The notes under the pieces are model-generated. The model was not told the origin of the DNA, did not search any database, and saw only the letters and a program-made list of their open reading frames with translations. A stretch of DNA of 64,000 nucleotides. Source: Macrostomum lignano (lineage: Eukaryota). The translations under genes and the position numbers were made by a program. This document shows, piece after piece, positions 36,561 to 49,400 of this stretch (within the stretch, counting starts at the first letter, position 1; the number at the start of each line of letters is the position of its first letter). Where the stretch lies: assembly GCA_002269645.1 (NCBI GenBank), contig NIVC01000040.1:1-64000 (forward strand), in the 5' to 3' direction.

Positions 36561-37199
36561 GGTAGAGTTAAGAAGTAGAGGACAGAGTGGGAGAGAGAAA
36601 AGGGAGGAGCAGGGGGTGGAGAAGTTGCAATAAAGATGAATAGTACAGAACGCGATCTTGCACGCAGAAGGGCACTCAGACTAACAAAGTGATGCAGGAT
36701 GATGGGCGGAGAGGATTCCATTCTAGTTCAATGTCCAGGCGACTGTAGACTCAAGCAGTTGTATAAATAGGGAATACCCGACAGGAAAATGAAACTGCAA
36801 ACAAGAGAAAATTGCACGCAATCGGAGATTATGACGTACCATCAAATTATCCATAAGTAAAAAAGTACATTAAAGCTATGCAGCCACATTGTACTTGTCA
36901 GTTTGGTCGTCTGATATTTGTCAATGCCAAGTTAGAAATAGTTTGGCTTCCGATTTCAGAAAAGGATTGAAATTCGCTCCCATGCCCCCCCCCCTGCCGT
37001 GCCAGGTTGTCCGTCTTCAGGGAGACAAGAGGCGCCCAGCATTTCATGTCTTTGAGCAGATCATCTGGCTATTTTTAGCTAATAACTTTTAAATTGTTGG
37101 CTGCAGGCGCTCCGACAGCGGCATACATACATTGTTTAAGTCTTGAGAAGGTTTTTTCATGATCATAAAAAAGCAAGCCCTGTTGCGGCTTTGAACTCG

Positions 37200-37443
37200 G
37201 ATCGGCAGATAAATCAGTAGATAGATCAGTAGATAGATCGGCAGATAGATCAGTAGAAAGATCGGCAGATAGATCAGTACATAGATCGGCAGATAGATTG
37301 ACACATAAATCGGCAGATAGATCAGCACATAGATCGGCAGATAGATTGACAGATAGATCGGCTGATAGATCAGCAGATAGATCGGCAGATAGATCGGTAG
37401 ATAGATCGGCTGATAGATCAGCAGATAGATCGGCAGATAGATC
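37200..37443. repeat. 12-bp agatagatcggc array upstream of GPCR exon 1
   Basis: Same unit as the array at 39615-40326. Confidence 0.88.
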
Positions 37444-37464
37444 GGGCCGCCAAAGCAGTCAAGC

Positions 37465-40400
37465 ATGACCGGCAGCCTGTCGCTGGTGACGAGTCTCCGA
37501 CCCAGCCGTCAAGAGGACGCCAATCAGCCTCGCTGTTTCGACATCTGGACTCACCTGACAGACAACTTTCTGCACCACAACCTGACCATGGACTACCAGT
37601 TCCACCCGGATCAAGTCGGCCAAGTGTTGTCATTCACAGTCCCTGAGGTGAACCAGTCGCAGAGCTGTCGCATTCAGTACCTGCCATTCAAAACCGCAGC
37701 TTTCACCTGTCTGTTGCTAATTGTCCTACTCTCTCTGGCCGGTAATCTGATTGTGGCCATTAACCTGTACTTAAACCGGCGCCGATGGAGCAAAGTGAAC
37801 TATTTTATCATGCACCTGGCATTGGCTGATTTGGTCGTACTAATTACTCCGCTAGTTGAGCTAATTGCTATGATCACGCACACCTGGTACGGTGGCAGAT
37901 GGCTGTGCAAATTCTATCGAGTCATATCGGCTTTCGGCTTGTATTTGTCGTCATTTATTGTAACTTCGATAGCGATAGACAGGTATTTGGCTGTGAGCAG
38001 GCCTTTGAGCATCACGACGGCTGGGCGGAGAGCGCGACTGCTTCTGGCCGTTTCGGTGGGAGCCTCGCTGCTGTGCAGCCTGCCGCAGGTGAGTCTGCGA
38101 GATGTGGCTTGTCTGGGGACTTACCTGGAAGATAGAGATATACAGATAGATGGCAGAGGGGAGACAGAGAGGCAGAGGGGGAGGCAGAGAGGCAGAGGGA
38201 AGGTAGGGAGGCAGAAGGGGAGGCAGAGAGGCAGAGGGGGAGGCAGAGAGGCAGAAGGGGAGGCAGAGAGGCAGAGGGGGAGGCAGAGAGGCAGAGGGGA
38301 AGCAGAGAGGCAGAGGGGAGGCAGAGAGGCAGAGGGAAGGCAGAGAGGCAGAGGGAAGGCAGAGGGGAGGCAGAGAGGCAGAGGGGAGGCAGAGGGGAGG
38401 CAGAGAGGCAGAGGGAAGGCAGAGGGGAGGCAGAGAGGCAGAGGGGAGGCAGGGAGGCAGAGGGGAGGCAGAGGGGAGGCAGAGAGGCAGAGGGGAGGCA
38501 GAGAGGCAGAGGGGAGGCAGAGGGGAGGCAGAGAGGCAGAGGGGAGGCAGGGAGGCAGAGGGGAGGCAGAGAGGCAGAGGGGAGGCAGGGAGGCAGAGGG
38601 GAGGCAGAGGGGAGGCAGAGAGGCAGAGGGGAGGCAGAGAGGCAGAGGGGAGGCAGAGGGGAGGCAGAGAGGCAGAGGGGAGGCAGAGAGGCAGAGGGGA
38701 GGCAGAGAGGCAGAGGGGAGGCAGGGAGGCAGAGGGGAGGCAGAGAGGCAGAGGGAAGGCAGAGAGGCAGAGGGGAGGCAGAGGGGAGGCAGAGAGGCAG
38801 AGGGGAGGCAGAGAGGCAGAGGGGAGGCAGAGAGGCAGAGGGGAGGCAGAGAGGCAGAGGGGAGGCAGAGAGGCAGAGGGGAGGCAGAGAGGCAGAGGGG
38901 AGGCAGGGAGGCAGAGGGGAGGCAGAGAGGCAGAGGGAAGGCAGAGAGGCAGAGGGGAGGCAGAGGGGAGGCAGAGAGGCAGAGGGGAGGCAGAGAGGCA
39001 GAGGGGAGGCAGAGGGGAGGCAGAGAGGCAGAGGGGAGGCAGAGAGGCAGAGGGGAGGCAGAGAGGCAGAGGGGAGGCAGAGAGGCAGAGGGGAGGCAGA
39101 GAGGCAGAGGGGGGGCAGAGAGAGACAGTCAGCAATTCCTGCAGGGTTGGTGTAGCGGTCGGGATTAAGTGGTGGGTTATTCCACAAGCACAAGTTCTCA
39201 GTCTGAGAGCCACATTCGAATGGGGTTGCTAGGCGGCCGGGAATTCCCTAGGTGGCTGGTCTATTAGACATCCGTTGCAGCTGCGGCCGGTTTTCACAGT
39301 CCGTTGGTTTCTATCAGCTGTGCAGACGGCAGCAGCCTCTACAGCGTGGGAATTCAATAGAATTCGAAAATCCCATCCCAGAAAGTATATAATTCCCCCT
39401 CAACTTCCTTCCTCCTCTCTCACTGCTTCAGACTGCAGGTCGAGTATCTGCCTATACATATATGCATCCACTGGGTTTATATTTTGTCTTCTTTTCAGAA
39501 ATGCCTGCTCACCTCTGCTCAATAGTCCATACTTGATTTTTAGCTGTGCGAATTTTTGAGTGATACTCTAATTTGGATAGCGAGCCGAGTTACGCAATTT
39601 TGAGGGCGGATTTATTAGATAGGTCATTAGATAGATCGGCAGATAGGTTATTAGATAGATCAGCAGATAGGTCATTAGATAGATCGGCAGATAGGTCATT
39701 AGATAGATCGGCAGATAGGTCATTAGATAGATCGGCAGATAGGTCATTAGATAGATCGGCAGATAGGTCATTAGATAGATCGGCAGATAGGTCATTAGAT
39801 AGATCGGCAGATAGGTCATTAGATAGATCGGCAGATAGATCGGCAGATAGATCGGCAGATAGATCGGCAGATAGATCGGCAGATAGATCGGCAGATAGAT
39901 CGGCAGATAGATCGGCAGATAGATCGGCAGATAGATCGGCAGATAGATCGGCAGATAGATCGGCAGATAGATCGGCAGATAGATCGGCAGATAGATCGGC
40001 AGATAGATCGGCAGATAGATCGGCAGATAGATCGGCAGATAGATCGGCAGATAGATCGGCAGATAGATCGGCAGATAGATCGGCAGATAGATCGGCAGAT
40101 AGATCGGCAGATAGATCGGCAGATAGATCGGCAGATAGATCGGCAGATAGATCGGCAGATAGATCGGCAGATAGATCGGCAGATAGATCGGCAGATAGAT
40201 CGGCAGATAGATCGGCAGATAGATCGGCAGATAGATCGGCAGATAGATCGGCAGATAGATCGGCAGATAGATCGGCAGATAGATCGGCAGATAGATCGGC
40301 AGATAGATCGGCAGATAGATCGGCAGCCAGAGCAAGTCAAGTCGAATGACCGAAAATGTTTGCACCCCAACCTGCATTTTTACCTGACTTTTGCGATTAC

Positions 40401-43400
40401 CATAGATGGACGGGTCAAGCGTGGGGGCTTTTGTGGGGAAAATGAATGCGTGTCCGCACCCTTTCAGGGAGGTGTGAAATGCTTGGTTTTCACGCACCTA
40501 CTTATTTCTGCTTTGAAAAGAAGTTTGATAAAATAATAATATACATTTAAAGTAGCAATTTGCATGAAAAAAGTAATGCAGATTGCTAACTTTGAGTTTT
40601 CAGTCAGCTTAAAGTTTGTGAGCAGTGTTAGGAGTATTTTACTGATTTTTTACTGTATTTGCTGTGCACTAATCTGCTGAGTTTTGTAGTCTCAAATAGA
40701 GATTCAGCCAGGTAGGTAGCTATAGGTGCGTGGTTAAAAAAAACAGGGTCTCGGCCTTCTTCAACGGAAAGCAATTATCAGACGTATCAAATTATTGAAA
40801 ATGAAATAAAATGGAAAGGATATTACGCGTATGCTCGTATTTCTTCGCTAAAGCCACGGGTTCCTCGTTTCCGCTTTGCGTGCATTTCAAGGGTTATTTA
40901 ATATATAATTACATCTCACGTTTGTTTGGCTTGACTGGTTAAAAAAATTGTGTGCGCGTGCAATATTCGAGGACTAAATTAGAACAAAAGTTTGTTTGTT
41001 TGACTGCGCCGCAATATTATAGCAACCTAGCACCGTCTAGAAAGAAAGATACGTATACATTCTCCTCCTTTTCCCAGTGTGGCTATGGAAAAGTAAGTCC
41101 GAGGATGCATTTCTCAGGCCGAGGCGAAGCCGAGGCCTTGAGAATATCATCCGAGGACTTTCTTTTCCATAGACATATTTGGAAAAAGGAGGAGAAAATA
41201 TTTAACCTACTGAAAGCAAAATACGCATCAATATCCAGTACAGTTAGTCTATGGCACAAGCTATGTGACTGACTGGCTAAAGTGTTATAAATCGTCTACC
41301 TAGATGGAGCACTGAGCAGTCCATCCATTTGCATATATAATAGAACCATGGAAGACGACTTAGATCTAGTGCTACGATATTTTGAAAGTAAAGAATCCGC
41401 TGCAACGAATCCTGCTGCTGGTAGTGATCGATTCGCTACGCTCTCGACTGACGAAATACAAGGGAAGCTGGACGCTGCTATCCCACCAAATACGCGAAGG
41501 AAGGAACTATGGGCTGTAAGAATTTTTGACCAGTGGTTTGAGCAGCGACACAATCGAATTCTACATTGTGATACAACTGGCCTTCTCGTGTTGAAGGAGC
41601 GTCATGAATGGAACGCTTGCGATTGGAACTATCTATTAAAGATGTTCATTCTCGAGGTAGGAAAAGTCGATGGCACTAAATACAATGCTACGACCCTTAG
41701 GGACATATTTTCCATGATGCAACACTATCTGCAGTACACGCTCAAGAAAGAACTGAATCTCTGGAAGGACGCTGCGTGCAGGGATGCAAGAATGGCATTG
41801 GATGCTGCCATGAAAGAAGCTACTAGAGAGGGCCTAGTTCCGGGGACAAATGCGTCTAGCCCAATTCCCGCAACTCTGGAGGAGGAGTTGTGGCAGAAAG
41901 GACGTCTTGCAACAACGTCGCCGAAATTACTGCTGTTTACGCTTGTGTTCTACCTTGGCAAGCAGTTCGCTTTGCGTGGAGGCACGGAGCTGCATGGTCT
42001 GAGATATAGCTGTGAGATCCAGTTGCAGCATGAAGACGGTCAAGAACTTCTAGTTTACTGTGAGAACAGAGCCACGAAGACCAACAACGCTGGCATAAAA
42101 CGACGTTTTGTTCCATTGAAAACCGTTAAAGCATCTCATACTGCTGATCATGATAGATGTCTACCCTGCATCTACAAGCTGTATGTGGACAAAAGACCGG
42201 AAAACTGTACGGTTCAGAATTTGTTCCTGGCTTGGATGCGTAGCGATGCCAGCATCCAGCAAGGCAGGTGGTACCAAAACGCACCCGTCGGCCGGCACAT
42301 CTTGGACGGTATTGTTCGTGAATTAACGGCTCCCCTAACTGGAGTGACTGAAAGGTACACTAATCAGTCTCTACTCAAGACTTGCGCAAGTACTCTACAC
42401 CGTGCTGGCTTTGCTAGAGAGGACATCGCTCCTGTTACAGGACACTCTTCGACAGCTATTGAGCGCTATATTCAGTTTGACGTACAAGACCATGTTAAAG
42501 TATCGCATGCTCTTCAATCTGGTGGTCAGTCATCAAGTCTGTCTATTGACACCGAGCCTGAACGCTCTGTTGAAGCTATGGAACAAAGTAACGTAGTGAC
42601 TGCTAATCCTGCAAAGAAAATGAGGCTTAACATCAATGGTAACACCAACACCGTTGAAATCGTTTTCGAGTGAGTGCTTACAGGACGCTTCTAAATCTTA
42701 CTATTTGAACTTCCTGTTGTTGGTTTACATTTGTTAAATACAACTGTTTATAGCAGGACTGAGAACTATTTCTCAGGCCTCGTTTGGGGACTGAGAAATG
42801 GTTCTCAGTCCTCCTACAACCGATAAATTACCATAGAAGTTGTTGTTCCTCGGGAAAAGGATGAGACTGCGAAAGAGGCGAGAAATGCACTTTCTGTAGG
42901 TTAATACATGCATATTATGATTAAAACAAAAAATATTTTGTCAAAAAATTGTTATAAACCCTCCAATTTTGTCTTTAAATAGCTAAGAAAAGAAGCACTA
43001 ACTTCAGAAATAGCTGTACTATACTCTAAAACCATTTATTGATAAATAAACAATAAAAAAACAATAAGCCAACACACTATTCATTAGACTACCTTAGTAT
43101 ATATTTGATTTCTAATTTCGACTATTTTGAGAACTATATTAACAATACTTAATTCAAACTGCAATCTTGCCAATTTGCATTCAAATTCCTTCTATACAGC
43201 GTTGAGTTATCTGAGTTTAAACGCTGGGCAAAAATAGTTTTGTTAGTCTTTAGTCTTTAAAAATCTTCTGTTTGAACCAATTTGATAAACCGTTTTTCTT
43301 AGAAAGCACATATAGCACGCACTAAGTTAAATTCGATATCCTAGAAACAATATTTTTCAAAAGCTTTGAAAATGCGATAAAATATGTTTTTTGCTAGTTT

Positions 43401-46400
43401 TTACAGCTAGTTTAAATTTCGAGGCTTTTGTCTGGATAGATGATCGAGAATTTGCCACGGATCGAAGTTGACGATTTCCCTGAATGGTTTTTAGCTACTA
43501 AATACATGTAAATCGATAGGCCAAAAATTCTGATAAAATTCATATATTTAGTTTATTATCTCTTCAATAGCTTACTACCTCCTGCAGGCGGTCGTGACAC
43601 CGTAAAAGTGTCATTAAGTGTATTATATCACGGGTTTTCTTGTAAATAATGACCCTGGCCTATTCCCTCACCTAATTGCAGCAATTATTAGATAAGGCAG
43701 AATAATTTACTGTAGTGACTTATTAAAACCCTAAAATTAGCGAGCAATCTCAATTAAAAAGGTCACGGTGCTCTTGTAAAAACTGGCGGCACGGTCGGGT
43801 GCCCCCTTATGAGTGAGTTCATGAGTGAGATCACGAGGGAGATCATGAGTGAGATCATGAGTGAGATCATGAGTGAGATCATGAGTGAGATCATGAGTGA
43901 GGTCATGAGTGAGATCATGAGTGAGATCATGAGTGAGATCATGAGTGAGATCATGAGTGAGATCATGAGTGAGATCATGAGAGAGATCATGAGTGAAATC
44001 ATGAGTGAAATCATGAGTGAAATCATGAGTGAGATCATGAGTGAGATAATGAGTGAGTTCATTAGTGAGTTCATAGGTGAGTTCCTGAGTTGAAACTGAG
44101 TTATCCGGGGTCACGGAGTACACCACAAGCAAATCATCCGTGCTAATTGTGGGCAGCTGATTAGGAAAATGATAACCAGCTCCAACGCTGCGCAGGCTAC
44201 ACCAGCTCTGCTACTATCACTAACTAAAAGCATTAAAAACTGAAAATTAAGTTTATTGCACTCAGCACTTGGTCTTCAACGGGATTAAGTTAAGATGTAC
44301 GGATCAATAATGCACTTAATAAACTATTAATACTAAAGAGTTCTTGCTCCACTCAAGCAAAAAATTTCCACGGCATAATATCAGCAGAGCAGAGCGTTCT
44401 CCGGCTGATATAATCAGTATAGGAATATTGATACTCGGGATGGAATACTGTCTACACTAGACTTTCTGATAGGGGCTCAAGCCCAAACTAGAATTTGATC
44501 TGATTCGTGTTAATTACTCGTTCCATCACTAACCTTTATTAGCTGCTAAAAGGCAAAAAGCTGAAAGCCTCAAGCCCTAGTAATACTAGCTCTAAAAGTA
44601 CAAATATAAGCAGAAAAAGTTAATAATATAGCAGGAGAGACCCGGGATAGAAACTAAATGTGGATTCTAGGAGGCAGACTTGCCTACCATAGACTGTACA
44701 CATTCACAAACCAAAAGCGGGTGCGAGGGATAGAAAGTCAATGTACATTCTAGGAGGCAGACTTGCCTACCATAGACTGTACACATTCACCAACCAAAAG
44801 CGGGTGCGAGGGATAGAAAGTCAATGTACATTCTAGGAGGCAGACTTGCCTACCATAGACTGTACACATTCACCAACCAAAAGCGGGTGCGAGGGATAGA
44901 AAGTCAATGTACATTCTAGGAGGCAGACTAGCCGACCATAGACTGTACACATTCACCAACCAAAAGCGGGTGCGAGGGATAGAAAGTCAATGTACATTCT
45001 AGGAGGCAGACTTGCCTACCATAGACTGTACACATTCACTAACCAAAAGCGGGTGCGAGGGATAGAAAGTCAATGTACATTCTAGGAGGCAGACTTGCCG
45101 ACCATAGACTGTACACATTCACCAACCAAAAGCGGGTGCGAGGGATAGAAAGTCAATGTACATTCTAGGAGGCAGACTTGCCGACCATAGACTGTACACA
45201 TTCACCAACCAAAAGCGGGTGCGAGGGATAGAAAGTCAATGTACATTCTAGGAGGCAGACTAGCCGACCATAGACTGTACACATTCACCAACCAAAAGCG
45301 GATGCGAGGGATAGAAAGTCAATGTACATTTTAGGAGGCAGACTAGCCGATCATAGACTGTACACATTCACCAACCAAAAGCGGGTGCGAGGGATAGAAA
45401 GTCAATGTACATTCTAGGAGGCAGACTTGCCGACCATAGACTGTACACATTCACCAACCAAAAGCGGATGCGAGGGATAGAAAGTCAATGTACATTCTAG
45501 GAGGCAGACTTGCCGACCATAGACTGTACACATTCACCAACCAAAAGCGGATGCGAGGGATAGAAAGTCAATGTACATTTTAGGAGGCAGACTAGCCGAT
45601 CATAGACTGTACACATTCACCAACCAAAAGCGGGTGCGAGGGATAGAAAGTCAATGTACATTCTAGGAGGCAGACTAGCCGACCATAGACTGTACTCCTT
45701 CTCACCATATGCAGTCTTTCAATGTCTTAAAAAAGCTTTTAAAATCTCATTCTTGTCGCTATGCTTATACCTTTCTAGATCTCTTTTTCATCAACCTACG
45801 TAGCTTTAGTTCGCATTCTATTAAGTTGACTACGAATGCATATAATAGGGACGTAGATAACAGTACACGCACATATTTCGCGCTTATATCTGGAGACACT
45901 GAGAAGCCTACATGTATTCAACTCCCCATTATCTGGCCGCATAAATTCTCATCTCTGCCTCCGAGACAGCATTCTCAAACTTCATTCCCTGCCTCAGCTA
46001 CAGTTGTCACCCTAAGCTAAGTCAACATCCTCTGTCCAAGTAGAATTAATCCGCAATTTTATCAAGCCTGACTGCAGTGTTGGCATGTTTTGACTCTGAA
46101 TTTTGAACACAACTCGGCATTGGCATAAATTATGAACAGCCAAAGATAATTACTTTTTTTCCGTCCTGTTTTTCTCGCTCTCGCTGTCGAATGTCGGGTT
46201 GTACTTTTCCATTGGCTATTCGGCAAATTCCGTCTCAATCGTTTCTTATCATATACAAACAGCTGCCTGTCCTTTTAAGAATCTTAAAAAGTTCTTTGAG
46301 AATTCTTCAGCGTCATTTCAAAGTATTTTATTAACAATATTCTCAGGAAGGCTATGGGGCACATTGGCGACATCGTCCCGCAAACAGCACTGACGCAATT

Positions 46401-49400
46401 CTGCCCATTCCACCAAGTCCACCCAGCCCCTGTCCACTCCTCTCTGCCCCTGTCCTCTCCTCTCTGCCCCTGTCCTCTCCTCTCTGCCCCTGTCCTCTCC
46501 TCTCTGCCCCTGTCCTCTCCTCTCTGCCCCTGTCCTCTCCTCTCTGCCCCTGTCCTCTCCTCTCTGCCCCTGTCCTCTCCTCTCTGCCCCTGTCCTCTCC
46601 TCTCTGCCCCTGTCCACTCCTCTCTGCCCCTGTCCTCTCCTCTCTGCCCCTGTCCTCTCCTCTCCGCCCCTGTCCTCTCCTCTCTGCCCCTGTCCACTCC
46701 TCTCCGCCCCTGTCCTCTCCTCTCTGCCCCTGTCCTCTCCTCTCTGCCCCTGTCCTCTCCTCTCTGCCCCTGTCCTCTCCTCTCCGCCCCTGTCCTCTCC
46801 TCTCTGCCCCTGTCCTCTCCTCTCTGCCCCTGTCCTCCCCTCTCTGCCCCTGCCCTCTCCTCTCCGCCCCTGTCCTCTCCTCTCTGCCCCTGTCCTCTCC
46901 TCTCTGCCCCTGTCCTCTCCTCTCTGCCCCTGTCCTCTCCTCTCTGCCCCTGTCCTCTCCTCTCTGCCCCTGTCCTCTCCTCTCTGCCCCTGTCCTCTCC
47001 TCTCCGCCCCTGTCCTCTCCTCTCTGCCCCTGTCCTCTCCTCTCCGCCCCTGTCCTCTCCTCTCTGCCTTAGTCCTCTCCTCTCTGCCCCTGTCCACTCC
47101 TCTCCGCCCCTGTCCTCTCCTCTCTGCCCCTGTCCTCTCCTCTCTGCCCCTGTCCTCTCCTCTCTGCCCCTGTCCTCTCCTCTCCGCCCCTGTCCTCTCC
47201 TCTCTGCCCCTGTCCTCTCCTCTCTGCCCCTGTCCTCCCCTCTCTGCCCCTGTCCTCTCCTCTCCGCCCCTGTCCTCTCCTCTCTGCCCCTGTCCTCTCC
47301 TCTCTGCCCCTGTCCTCTCCTCTCTGCCCCTGTCCTCTCCTCTCTGCCCCTGTCCTCTCCTCTCTGCCCCTGTCCTCTCCTCTCTGCCCCTGTCCTCTCC
47401 TCTCCGCCCCTGTCCTCTCCTCTCTGCCCCTGTCCTCTCCTCTCCGCCCCTGTCCTCTCCTCTCTGCCTTAGTCCTCTCCTCTCTGCCCCTGTCCTCTCC
47501 TCTCTGCCCCTGTCCTCTCCTCTCTGCCCCTGTCCTCTCCTCTCTGCCCCTGTCCTCTCCTCTCTGCCCCTGTCCTCTCCTCTCTGCCCCTGTCCTCTCC
47601 TCTCTGCCCCTGTCCTCTCCTCTCTGCCCCTGTCCTCTCCTCTCTGCCCCTGTCCTCTCCTCTCTGCCCTGTCCTCTCCTCTCAGAGAAATGCTCTGCCC
47701 CCTGAGTAACTGTCACTTCCTGAGAGCCATTGAGAATCCCATGACATTGGGAAGTGAACAGCGCATTTAAATGTCTCTGCTCCTCACAGGCTGTGGTATT
47801 TGACCTGTTGGAGAGCAACTTCTTCAAGGAATACAATGCAGTCTGCGTACAGGTGTTTGCTCACGGTGCCGATTCTACTGGTCGGGTTAAACGTGCCAGC
47901 TATGCCCTGTTCGCCTTTGGCATGATGTACGCCTTCCCACTGGTGTGCATCGCTTATTGCTACGGTAGGATCGTGTGCGTGCTCACCTCCAGGACAAGGG
48001 AGCATCGAGGTGAGGCATTTTTGATAAGCTGTATTTTGATACTGATTTTTATCACCTGTCTGATGGTGAGGGATTGAAGTTTTATTACCTGTCTGAAGAT
48101 GGGGATTGAAGTTTTATTACCTGTCTGAAGGTGGGGATTGAAGTTTTATTACCTATCTGAAGGTGGGGATTGAAGTTTTATTACCTGTCTGAAGGTGGGG
48201 ATTGAAGTTTTATTACCTATCTGAAGGTGGGGATTAAAGTTTTATTACCTATCTGAAGGTGGGGATTGAAGTTTTATTACCTGTATGATAATGGGACTTA
48301 GTCTTAGCCTCCTGCAACCACTTCTTCCACCCTCATTCAACCCAACAGAGAACTGCATCTGCCCTCAGCACTCGGCATCGCTGACAGACTCCGCAGACTA
48401 CAGCAGACACCAGCAATCCGCGGCTGCCAGCTTGTGCGCTTCCTCCAAGCTGCCCATGCTGATGCGCAGCGACACCAGAAATATTGAAAGGGCTCGGCTG
48501 CTGGCCCTGCGCATGACGGCTGCAATTGGTGAGCTGCTCCTGTCTGCTCCTGCCTGCTCTTGTCTGCTCCTGCCTGCTCTTGTCTGCTCCTATCTGCTCC
48601 TGTCTGCTCCTGTCTGCTCATGTCTGCTCCTGTCTGCCTGTCCTCTCTGTCCTGTCCTCTACAATCTGTCCTGTTCTCTCCTCTGTATCGTGTCCTGCTG
48701 TCCTCTCCTCTCTGTCCTGTCTGTCGTATCGCATGACTCATCGAGTGTACATTGAGTACACTCGCTGCATTCTTTTAACCCCCCTTTTGCTTTTAATCGT
48801 GTCGTGTTATGCGCTCACGTAGTTGAGTCTAATAGTCTATAAATTTTCATAGGTTCGGTTTTACCAAACGCATATAATATCGGCTCGTGAGCTTTACAGC
48901 TCAAGTTTTGGATCTCTCACGCTAGGCAAACTAAAGAGCTGTTTTACTGTCCTCTCTGTCCTGTCCTCTCTGCCCTCTTCTCTCGATTTGTCCTCAATGC
49001 GAAATAAATCCAGCAGTTTAATCCCAACGTGCCCTGGCAAAAACTGCACCCATTGTGCCCAATAGTCACACAAAAAATCAGCAATTGTTCCCCTAATTGT
49101 TTTTCATCAGTTGCCCGTGAGACGTATCCAGTAACGATTGAATAACAGGAGTTAGTCAGAGCCGACTCAATCTAAATCAAATTTCTCTATTCGTTTCAGT
49201 GCTCTGCTTTCTGCTCTGCTGGGCGCCGCACTGGGCTCTCACTCTGTGGGACTCGTTCGCCTCGAATGAGGAGCTGCTGTGAGCTGCCGTGGCTTGGGCG
49301 GCTGAGGGACTGCCTGAGCTGGGGATAGACCGGGGACTGCAGTCTGAGCTGTCATGAGATTGAATGCGATGGGCTGAGATGGGATGAGGTGTGATGAGGT

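Noticed and set aside
41348-42673. Tyrosine recombinase as bacterial or phage contamination or horizontal transfer
   Set aside because: The motifs match the eukaryotic Crypton/DUF3504 type rather than XerC or phage integrases, and the gene sits within a phase-consistent host intron.
44640-45695. Regular 83-bp, 59-bp, 30-bp and 20-bp repeats as possible CRISPR arrays
   Set aside because: Units are contiguous with no unique spacers, there are no cas genes, and the DNA is eukaryotic.
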